This document shows, in pieces, positions 1-7,943 of a stretch of 32,000 nt of DNA. Position numbers and translations under genes: made by a program. Source of the stretch: Cylindrospermopsis raciborskii Cr2010 (GTDB lineage Bacteria > Cyanobacteriota > Cyanobacteriia > Cyanobacteriales > Nostocaceae); contig NZ_CP065936.1 in NCBI RefSeq assembly GCF_003367075.2, positions 390,001-422,000 on the forward strand, written 5' to 3'. The first letter of the stretch is position 1, and every line of letters starts with the position of its first letter. Under the pieces are notes generated by a model. It saw only the letters and a list, made by a program, of their open reading frames with translations. It was not told the DNA's origin and did no database searches.

Positions 1-192
1 TGGCATCATTACGTCCAAAAGAATTAGGTCTGGAGGGGATTGAACCGTTTTTTGTAAAGCTGTTGCTCCATCGGAAACTGAATCAATTGCATACCCTTCA
101 CTCTCTAATAGGGTTTGGACTAAAATTAAATTATCTCTTCTATCATCGACTACAAGAATACGCGCAACTTGATCACTCTTGCTAACTGACAT
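1..192 (-). CDS. response regulator receiver domain protein, partial (runs off the window edge)
   Basis: Reverse-strand translation from ATG at 192..190: MSVSKSDQVARILVVDDRRDNLILVQTLLESEGYAIDSVSDGATALQKTVQSPPDLILLDVMMP; REC signature VVDD...DLILLDVMMP. Not in the ORF track because it is truncated. Confidence 0.85.
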   Translation of the reverse strand, partial: MSVSKSDQVARILVVDDRRDNLILVQTLLESEGYAIDSVSDGATALQKTVQSPPDLILLDVMMP

Positions 193-231
193 ACCCTATC
201 CACCTGAGTAAATTTAGTTTAATTGGTAGTT

Positions 232-307
232 TAAGTGGGTGAGTGGAATTAAATATAAGATCAACCATGGGTTAACCCATCCTACAAATAATTGTGCCTC
301 CCTACTT
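232..307 (+). repeat. dispersed palindromic repeat, copy A (lacks the GTTGGGTT/AACCCAAC hairpin)
   Basis: taagtgggtgagtggaattaaatataagatcaaccatgggttaacccatcctacaaataattgtgcctccctactt. Confidence 0.8.
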
Positions 308-328
308 ATTGACGCTCCCCCACAAGGA

Positions 329-1615
329 CTAATATCTGGCTCTCCATTTTTCTGGAACTGACATACTGCGACCTTTTTTCTCCAAATAGCTCAGTTTCTC
401 TTCACTGAGTGAATTTACACTAACTTGTCTTGGTAATTCAACTGTAAATAGTGAACCTACTGCTAATTGACTTTCCAACATTATTTTTCCTCCCATGATT
501 TTCACTAATGAATCAATAATTGCTAAACCCAATCCAGTCCCTGGATATTTACGACTCATACCTTGGTCTACCTGTCTAAATGCTTCAAAAATATGTTCAC
601 AATCTTGATTGGAAATACCAATTCCAGTATCCCTAATAGAAATAGCTATGCGACTTTTACTGGTTTCGGTAACTCTAACCCAAACACACCCGCGCTCTGT
701 AAACTTAATAGCATTTGAAAGCAAGTTAATTAAAATCTGACGCACCCGTACAGGATCATTAAATACAAGAGTATTTTCCAAATCTATTTCTACAGATAAA
801 GATAACTTCTTGGCTTCCACTAAAGAGCGGATTTCACCCACAGTATGATTAACCATCTTAGACAGATCGAAAATTTCTGGTTTTAATCCTAATCTACCAG
901 AATCAATCTTAGAAAAGTCTAAAACCTCATTCAGTAACATCGACAAATCCTTGGCATTATTCAGAATGCGTTTTAACATATCCGTCTGTACACTACTTAG
1001 CTGACTAAATTTAGGACGCAGTAGAATTTGGGCAAACCCGATTATAGCATTCATGGGGGTTCGCAACTCATGAGATATGGTTGACAAAAATTGTGATTTC
1101 AATCTTGATACTTCTAATAGTTTCAAATTCTGTAGTTGAATTTGTTGTCGTTGTCTCTCTAATTCATCGTTACTACGAATCAACTTTTCATGGCTTTCTT
1201 TAAGCTGACTATAAGCTAACTGGGCTTTAGTCTCGGACTGGTGCAAGCGAATTGCATTTCGCAGTGTTATAGATAAAATTTCTGGAGTGAGACTGGATTT
1301 ATTTAAATAGTCTGTAGCACCGTTATGTAATAAATTGAGAGCGGTTTTTTCCTCTCCTGGACTTGTAAGAATCACCAGGGGGACTTTAATCTGGGAGAAA
1401 TGTAGTTTGTCAATTAGGGTCAAAGTGCCATCCACCAAAGGAGAACCAAGAAAAATACAGTCGAATCTAGCACTTTCTAGGACACAAAAAACATTCTTGC
1501 TGTCACTGACCTCCCATAATTCCAAGGATAACCTGGTTTCGTTTACCACTAAACGAAATAGCTTACGTGCTAAGTCATCCTCATCCACAACCAAAATTTT
1601 TAGCCTCTCTTCCAT
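329..1615 (-). CDS. sensor histidine kinase with N-terminal receiver-like domain (REC-HisKA-HATPase_c)
   Basis: ILVVDEDD start; HisKA LSTISHELRTPMNAIIGF; N-box LINLLSNAIKFTE; G boxes IRDTGIGI and YPGTGLGLAI. Confidence 0.93.
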   Translation of the reverse strand: MEERLKILVVDEDDLARKLFRLVVNETRLSLELWEVSDSKNVFCVLESARFDCIFLGSPLVDGTLTLIDKLHFSQIKVPLVILTSPGEEKTALNLLHNGATDYLNKSSLTPEILSITLRNAIRLHQSETKAQLAYSQLKESHEKLIRSNDELERQRQQIQLQNLKLLEVSRLKSQFLSTISHELRTPMNAIIGFAQILLRPKFSQLSSVQTDMLKRILNNAKDLSMLLNEVLDFSKIDSGRLGLKPEIFDLSKMVNHTVGEIRSLVEAKKLSLSVEIDLENTLVFNDPVRVRQILINLLSNAIKFTERGCVWVRVTETSKSRIAISIRDTGIGISNQDCEHIFEAFRQVDQGMSRKYPGTGLGLAIIDSLVKIMGGKIMLESQLAVGSLFTVELPRQVSVNSLSEEKLSYLEKKGRSMSVPEKWRARY

Positions 1616-1915
1616 TAGTTTCCATTTCCCCCCCGTTTACATATATTTGTCTAATTTTTAGACCAGTTTTACGCGCCCAGATGACCGGTTTCCCAGACTC
1701 AAGTTATACCCACATTATTTCGTATTCGCATCAGCATTTCATATCCCGGAACTTTTGGCATATATCCCTGGTTATATTTTTACTCTTCCCTAAGATAGAT
1801 GTAATTTACAACATATATCATCTAAGATCCCCTTGGGGATATTAGACACAAGGAGTTTGACCTAATGGGTGAATTTCCAAGATAATTATGATAATTTGGT
1901 TAATTTGGTACGACA

Positions 1916-2632
1916 ATGAGTGAAATTAGCATTATTTTAATAGAAGACCATGATTTAACTAGAATGGGTTTAAAGACTGTCATCCAGTCCCACCCAGGGT
2001 TGAAGGTAATCGGCGAAGCAGCAAATGCAACTCAAGGACTAAAACTTTTGGAAACTACTAAACCAGATGTGGCTGTGGTCGATATTGGATTACCTGATAT
2101 GGATGGGATAGAATTAACTCGTAAGTTTAAGCGCCATCAAACTGAAAACGGACAGAACAATACCAAAATACTGGTTTTGACCATGGATAGTACGGAAGAA
2201 TCAGTTCTAGCTGCTTTTGCAGCGGGAGCAGACTCCTATTACATGAAAGAGACTAGCATTAATAAATTAACAGAAGCTATAAATGCTACTTATGCGGGAA
2301 ATTCTTGGATAGATCCAGCGATCGCGAATGTAGTTTTAAGGAGGATGCGTGTCCAGTCACCGGGGGAAGCAGGGGATAAACCAAACATGGTCAAAATAGA
2401 GGGTTTAGCCATAGAGTACGAACAGGTGCTAGAAAGCTCTCCCCTGACCCAACGGGAGTTGGAAATTTTGGAATTAATAGTGGATGGTTGTAGCAACGGA
2501 CAAATAGCAGAGAAACTCTATATTACAGTGGGAACGGTAAAAACCCATGTTCGCAATATTTTGAATAAGCTCTGTGCGGATGATAGAACCCAAGCTGCTG
2601 TGCGGGCTCTACGTTCAGGATTGGTTGGGTGA
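1916..2632 (+). CDS. NarL/LuxR-family response regulator
   Basis: REC domain with VAVVDIGLPDMDG; C-terminal LuxR HTH LTQRELEILELIVDGCSNGQIAEKLYITVGTVKTHVRNIL. Confidence 0.93.
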   Translation: MSEISIILIEDHDLTRMGLKTVIQSHPGLKVIGEAANATQGLKLLETTKPDVAVVDIGLPDMDGIELTRKFKRHQTENGQNNTKILVLTMDSTEESVLAAFAAGADSYYMKETSINKLTEAINATYAGNSWIDPAIANVVLRRMRVQSPGEAGDKPNMVKIEGLAIEYEQVLESSPLTQRELEILELIVDGCSNGQIAEKLYITVGTVKTHVRNILNKLCADDRTQAAVRALRSGLVG

Positions 2633-3964
2633 GCCCAATCTCACTTCCAAACATTCAGCAATGCGTTTTGCTGCTCCTGGTTTCCCCATACGTTCCCATC
2701 CATTTGTGGCAATTTCCTGGAAAAAGTCAGGATTTTGGAACAGATTTGAAACGGTTTTGGGAACTTGTCTGGGGTGATCTAATAATATTAAAGAAACTCC
2801 TAAAAGACGACTTTGAGCTTCAGCAAAATTGGGATTATATTGAGGACCTTTACCTGGAAAAGCAATTACAGGTTTTCCCAGTCCTACAAATTGCTCTGTG
2901 GCGGTACCCGCCATAGCAATGGCTAAATGTGCCCAGTGTAGACATTCATTATAAGATGTTTTTGTTAATAGTAAATAGGCATTTCTTTGTTTAAAAACTA
3001 AAGCATGGGGATCCCTAATAGCAATGGGGGATGAGTGATGATTTTCCCAACCTTGAATTTTTAAACTTTCAGATAAAATTGCCTCGTCCAAACCGGGAGC
3101 GATCGCACTGAGAAAAATAATTTTTTGCCCGTGTAAACTCTCCATTAAACCGGATATAGCCACCATAATCATTTCCCAATTATTATATGCTTCACCAGTG
3201 CGGGAACCGGGGAGTAAAGTAACAATGAGGGGGTAATAACTCTCTGATTTTTGGAGATTGGAATCTAGAAATTGGGGTGTATTAGAAGAAGGCTCCAAAC
3301 CATCCATCATGGGATTTCCTGCATCAAAAGCTGGGATAGGCCACCTTCTTAAAATTTCCGTGGTTAGGGTATCTCGAGGGAAAACTGCACGACAGCGACG
3401 ACCACTCATCAACCATCTTTCCCAGGGGTGGTAAATGGAACCGGAGAAGTTTTCCCACCAAGATTTTTGGGAATTTCTCCTGAGTAGACCGATTTTATCC
3501 CGCACATAATATTCTGATTTTGCGGTTCCCACAAAAGCATAATTAGCACCGCTGATGGCGGCAAATAATAGAGGTATGATATCACCCACTGCTAGAATTC
3601 CTTGGTGATTGCCCAATTTTCTTTGACATTTTACCCAGATACGAACTGCTTGAATTTGCTTCCAGGTGAGTTGAATTAGACCACTTTGGATATCCTGTAC
3701 CAGTTGACTACTATCCATATAGATAAAACCACCTGAAGGCATGGTTTTTACATCCCCAATACGGGGTATATTTAAACTTTGATAGGTATGACCTTCTCCT
3801 ACTATTGGTAAGGCAAAAATATCGGGAGCTGAGGGGAGCTTTTTTAGTTCTTCGATAATCCTTCCTGCAATTATATCCTCTCCGTGACCATTACTTAAAA
3901 TAAGTAACTGCCAATTGGGGCTTTTTTCCAGGGTATGGTCTAAGGGTAACGATGAATGTTTCAT
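2615..3964 (-). CDS. lipid-A-disaccharide synthase-related protein (cyanobacterial LpxB-like family)
   Basis: LLILSNGHGEDIIAGRIIEEL...GIPxxA-like glycosyltransferase region and C-terminal AMAGTATEQFVGLGKPVIAFPGKGPQYNPNFAEAQSRLLG. Confidence 0.8.
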   Translation of the reverse strand: MKHSSLPLDHTLEKSPNWQLLILSNGHGEDIIAGRIIEELKKLPSAPDIFALPIVGEGHTYQSLNIPRIGDVKTMPSGGFIYMDSSQLVQDIQSGLIQLTWKQIQAVRIWVKCQRKLGNHQGILAVGDIIPLLFAAISGANYAFVGTAKSEYYVRDKIGLLRRNSQKSWWENFSGSIYHPWERWLMSGRRCRAVFPRDTLTTEILRRWPIPAFDAGNPMMDGLEPSSNTPQFLDSNLQKSESYYPLIVTLLPGSRTGEAYNNWEMIMVAISGLMESLHGQKIIFLSAIAPGLDEAILSESLKIQGWENHHSSPIAIRDPHALVFKQRNAYLLLTKTSYNECLHWAHLAIAMAGTATEQFVGLGKPVIAFPGKGPQYNPNFAEAQSRLLGVSLILLDHPRQVPKTVSNLFQNPDFFQEIATNGWERMGKPGAAKRIAECLEVRLGSPNQS

Positions 3965-4028
3965 ACAATTGACAAAATAATATATATTAAAACTAGACCA
4001 GAACCGTTTTTAAAAACAATTCGTGGAT

Positions 4029-4136
4029 AAGTGGGTGGGTGGAATTAAATATAAGATGAACGTAGGTTGGGTTGAAGTATGAAACCCAACACCCCCATGG
4101 GGTTAACCCATCCTACAAATAATTGTGCCTCCCTAG
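4029..4136 (+). repeat. dispersed palindromic repeat, copy B (full length)
   Basis: aagtgggtgggtggaattaaatataagatgaacgtaggttgggttgaagtatgaaacccaacacccccatggggttaacccatcctacaaataattgtgcctccctag; near-identical to copy C. Confidence 0.85.
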
Positions 4137-4528
4137 GGTATTTTACCCTCTGCTTGCAATCTTTCTAAACAGGATTTCAGGGTTCTAGGGTCAAATAAAA
4201 TTGGCAAAAAATGGATGCTTTTGATTTCTCTAAAATAGAACAAAATTGGCACCCTATCCCAAAAAATTCGCCAACTTTGCCACTCCCCATAAGGAAATCT
4301 CCTGATTAACTTCTCACCTCGGTAAATATCAAAGTCATTCCCAGTAAATAAAAACCGCAACGACACAGCTTGAAACATGAGAAATAATCCAAATAGCGCG
4401 ATCGCACCACCCAATAAAGGTTGAAGCACTAATAGGGGAATAGAACTAATTACTAATACCAGAGGAATATTGTAACTAGTTTTGAGCTCCGTGGTAGATA
4501 AACTACTAGATAAGGGATAATTTGTCAT
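4133..4528 (-). CDS. DUF3119-type conserved cyanobacterial membrane protein
   Basis: 131-aa ORF with two hydrophobic segments and YRGEKLIRRFPYGEWQSWRIFW...PILFYFREIKSIHFLPILFDPRTLKSCLE; family assignment from memory. Confidence 0.7.
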   Translation of the reverse strand: MTNYPLSSSLSTTELKTSYNIPLVLVISSIPLLVLQPLLGGAIALFGLFLMFQAVSLRFLFTGNDFDIYRGEKLIRRFPYGEWQSWRIFWDRVPILFYFREIKSIHFLPILFDPRTLKSCLERLQAEGKIP

Positions 4529-4555
4529 AATTTTTGAGAGTTGTAGGTGAAATAA

Positions 4556-5350
4556 TTAAGGTCTGATAGATGGATTACCCGCTCCCTGAAACATCAACCA
4601 TGATAAAAAGAAATTGCTAATGAAAATCACTAACAGAGCAGTAACCACTGCTGTGGTGGTTGATTGTCCCACACCCTTAGCTCCCCCTGTCGTGGTTAAA
4701 CCCCAGCTGCAACCAATTATGGCGATTAAAATCCCAAAACACGCTGCCTTAATCATGGCACTAGTTATATCTCGCAGATCTAAAAAGTTACGCGCTGAGT
4801 CTAAAAACACCGTATCCGAAAGATTGTAAAGATTGGTAGCAATTATCAATCCTCCCCACATTCCAGTAACCAGAGATAGCAGGGTCAAAATTGGTAACAT
4901 TAATAAACATGCTAAAAGACGAGGGATGACTAAAAAATCAATAGGGTCAGTCTTTAACATTAACAAAGCATCTATTTGTTCTGTAACCCGCATAGTACCA
5001 ATTTCTGCCGCAAATGCAGAACCTACTCTACCCGCTAAAATAACTGCTGTGAGTACAGGTGATAATTCTCGGGTTAAAGCTACTGCTAATACCCCCCCTA
5101 CCAAATTCCCAGCACCAAAGTTAATAAACTCTCGCGCTACCTGAATTGTAAACACTGCACCGACGAAAATCGCCGTTAGTAAGGCTATAAATAGGGAATC
5201 TGGTCCCACTACCGCTAGTTGCTCTAGTGTGTTACGACGATGAATTTTTCCCCTGAGCAAGTGCAGTGTCACTTGTCCCCCTAAAAAAATCGCCTCCACC
5301 AGTCTTTGACCCCATAGTCCTAAACTGGATTTAGATATAGTCTGGCTCAA
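4556..5350 (-). CDS. MlaE-family ABC transporter permease (Ycf63-like)
   Basis: FTIQVAREFINFGAGNLVGGVLAVALTRELSPVLTAVILAGRVGSAFAAEIGTMRVTEQIDAL is the MlaE permease signature. Confidence 0.9.
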   Translation of the reverse strand: MSQTISKSSLGLWGQRLVEAIFLGGQVTLHLLRGKIHRRNTLEQLAVVGPDSLFIALLTAIFVGAVFTIQVAREFINFGAGNLVGGVLAVALTRELSPVLTAVILAGRVGSAFAAEIGTMRVTEQIDALLMLKTDPIDFLVIPRLLACLLMLPILTLLSLVTGMWGGLIIATNLYNLSDTVFLDSARNFLDLRDITSAMIKAACFGILIAIIGCSWGLTTTGGAKGVGQSTTTAVVTALLVIFISNFFLSWLMFQGAGNPSIRP

Positions 5351-5721
5351 TGTCTTCTATCTAACTCGGTGACTCTTCTAAGAATAGCGAAACTTCTCGC
5401 TTTTTTCTCTTGACCATTTTGATCACTATATTAACTTTGGTTAAGGATTTTCTCACTAATTACATCTTAACATATCTTAATTTTTAACCCGATACAACAT
5501 ATCTAAATGTAATTAATTAACCAAACCCATGTATATCAAGGGTTTTACCACTTGGGGTTCCCTAAAACTGACCCTGCACTAGATGGTAATTTTCATCTGT
5601 ATTTTAATTAAGATTTAAGATTTTTGACAAATCCGTATTTTTCATCGCGATCGCCCCTATTGTAGAAATTGACGTGCAGGTTTTGGTCTGTCGTCGTCTT
5701 AAATCTTGGAGATGGCCTGAA

Positions 5722-6120
5722 ATGATGGTTTTTACTAACTTTCTCCGCTCAGTTTTACTGGCCATAGTATTGAGTTTTATAGCTCCAATATTATTTGTTG
5801 GTTTTTTATTGTCCTGTCTATGTTTGTTTGGACTCATCCCTATCTTACATGGAGTGACTCAGGACATACCCAATGACATACTGCATTTTTTAGCTACCTT
5901 TGGCACTGGTAGTCCCCTCCATGGATTGTTAATCATTGGTCTGACCTTTGGTTTTGTTGGCGGGTTATTTGACGTTTATGCCTACTATCGTCATCAGGTT
6001 TTTAGTTTAAACAGTGAGGGATTGATTCAAACTTCAACAATTACAGTGTTTTGTGAATCCTTAGAGAATGAGGAAGTATATTTAAAACCTTTAACCAGAG
6101 CACCAGGAGCTATATCTTAA
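5722..6120 (+). CDS. conserved hypothetical membrane protein
   Basis: ORF track starts at GTG 5674; internal ATG at 5722 (MMVFTNFLRSVLLAIVLS...) is a more likely start. Two or three hydrophobic segments. Confidence 0.6.
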   Translation: MMVFTNFLRSVLLAIVLSFIAPILFVGFLLSCLCLFGLIPILHGVTQDIPNDILHFLATFGTGSPLHGLLIIGLTFGFVGGLFDVYAYYRHQVFSLNSEGLIQTSTITVFCESLENEEVYLKPLTRAPGAIS

Positions 6121-6745
6121 CAAACAAAGCGCGGTAAATGGGTTCACCCTTATTCTGGGTAGCTATTTCCCGTTCTGTGGGGACTAGGGGGTTTTCCGAT
6201 AACCATACCCCGTTAAATGCTGGGTGTTCTTGCAGGCGATCGCACATTTGAGTAGCTAGAAAATGTTGATCAGACTGTATAAACACTTCTCCACCCACAA
6301 CCAAGTAATTAGCCAAATGTGACACCAATTGGGGTTGTACCACACGACGTTTAGCATGACGGGATTTAAACCAAGGATCGGGGAATTGGATAGTTACCCG
6401 TTGTAGAACTCCCGTTGGCAAACTGGACAAAATTGGCTCTAGGGAATTATTCACATTACAAAATAAATAATGTAAATTTTGCCAATCTAATTGACCAGCT
6501 AATCTGTTAGCTTCCGTCACCAGAGGTTCTCTAATTTCTAAACCCAAAAAATTCCAGTTTAATTCTCTTTGAGCCATTTGTAATAAAAACCTACCTCGTC
6601 CAGCTCCAATATCCAAGTGTAGAGGTTGGTTTGTTTGAGAAAAAACCTGTTCCCATATTGGTGGATCAATAGGAGTTTGGAACTTTCTAGCTAGAGGGTT
6701 AACGTGCTGACGCACCCGAATCAAAGGCAAAATTTCCACCTCCAA
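6110..6745 (-). CDS. trmB: tRNA (guanine-N7-)-methyltransferase
   Basis: LHLDIGAGRGRFLLQMAQ, NFLGLEIREPLV, VTIQFPDPWFKSRHAKRRVVQPQLV motifs. Confidence 0.93.
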   Translation of the reverse strand: MEVEILPLIRVRQHVNPLARKFQTPIDPPIWEQVFSQTNQPLHLDIGAGRGRFLLQMAQRELNWNFLGLEIREPLVTEANRLAGQLDWQNLHYLFCNVNNSLEPILSSLPTGVLQRVTIQFPDPWFKSRHAKRRVVQPQLVSHLANYLVVGGEVFIQSDQHFLATQMCDRLQEHPAFNGVWLSENPLVPTEREIATQNKGEPIYRALFVKI

Positions 6746-6824
6746 AGACTATAAAAGGTCTAATTTAGTGTACATTTTAGATTAAACAGATAAGTGGTTT
6801 TAACATTTTTTTAAATTAACAGAT

Positions 6825-7928
6825 ATGAAGTTTCGCTTTGCCATAGTTAGCGATTTGCACATTGCTCTACCCCACACCATATGGGATCATCCTGATCGGT
6901 TCCACCTAGTGGAAGTAAGTATCCCCGCTTTAGAAATTGTCCTAGAACATCTCACCCAACTGGATCTGGATTTTCTTTTACTCCCGGGAGACCTCACCCA
7001 ACACGGTGAACCAGAAAATCACGCCTGGTTGAGCAACAGACTATCACAGCTACCATTTCCTAGCTATGTTGTCCCTGGTAATCATGATGTCCCCGTATTG
7101 TTAGCCAATTACCAGTCTATTGGTTTTATGGAGTTTCCCTATTATTACCATAAATTTGGCTATGATCACCCAGACCATTTCTATTATAACCGTCAAATAT
7201 TGCCAGGTGTGAGACTAATTGGGTTAAACTCTAACACCTTTGACCACCATGGTAAACAGATAGGACTTTTAGACCCGGAACAATTTCAATGGTTAGAGTC
7301 AGAATTGTCCAAGATAAAGGATGAATTAGTCTTGGTTATGATTCATCATAATGTTGTTGAGCATTTACCCAACCAGGCAACCCATCCCATGGCTAATCGT
7401 TACATGTTAGAGAACGCTCGAGAGCTAGTAGACCTGTTGGTTAGACATGGGGTTAAACTAGTGTTTACAGGACACTTACATGTACAAGATGTAGCCCAGT
7501 CCAACGGAGTTTATGATATTACCACCGGTTCCCTTGTCAGTTATCCCCATCCCTATAGAGTATTAGAATATGAACGAGACCATCTAGGGAGAGAATGGTT
7601 ACAAATATTCTCCCATCGAGTTCAATCAGTACCCCAATTTCCCGATTTACAACAATCATCCAGACAATGGATGGGCGATCGCTCCTTTCCCTTTGTGATC
7701 AAACTACTCACCTTACCCCCCTTGAATTTACCCTTAAATCAGGCCCAAAAGCTAGCTCCTGACCTGCGAGAATTTTGGGCCACCATAGCGGATGGGGATG
7801 GAATCTTGGAATATCCCACCTTTCCCCTAGAAGTTCGGTCTTACATTGCAAAATATGGAGCCATTAGTCATAGTGGTGCTCCCACCTATATTGATAATAA
7901 CAGTCGTCTTTTGCTTAATGATCGGTAA
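6825..7928 (+). CDS. metallophosphoesterase
   Basis: AIVSDLHI, LLLPGDLTQHGEPENH, VVPGNHDV, VLVMIHHNV, KLVFTGHLHVQD: calcineurin-like phosphoesterase motifs. Confidence 0.9.
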   Translation: MKFRFAIVSDLHIALPHTIWDHPDRFHLVEVSIPALEIVLEHLTQLDLDFLLLPGDLTQHGEPENHAWLSNRLSQLPFPSYVVPGNHDVPVLLANYQSIGFMEFPYYYHKFGYDHPDHFYYNRQILPGVRLIGLNSNTFDHHGKQIGLLDPEQFQWLESELSKIKDELVLVMIHHNVVEHLPNQATHPMANRYMLENARELVDLLVRHGVKLVFTGHLHVQDVAQSNGVYDITTGSLVSYPHPYRVLEYERDHLGREWLQIFSHRVQSVPQFPDLQQSSRQWMGDRSFPFVIKLLTLPPLNLPLNQAQKLAPDLREFWATIADGDGILEYPTFPLEVRSYIAKYGAISHSGAPTYIDNNSRLLLNDR

Positions 7929-7943
7929 ATTACCTTTTACCCG

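Noticed and set aside
1335-1845. Plus-strand ORFs 1335..1661 and 1567..1845
   Set aside because: Antisense to, or overlapping the 5' end of, the well-supported histidine kinase gene; low-complexity, no recognised motif.
2320-2330. Frequent GCGATCGC/GCGATCG palindromes throughout the window
   Set aside because: Known HIP1 sequence, highly over-represented in many cyanobacteria; not novel in itself.
5604-5837. ORF 5604..5837 (-)
   Set aside because: Antisense overlap with the likelier membrane-protein gene at 5722..6120; no motif support.
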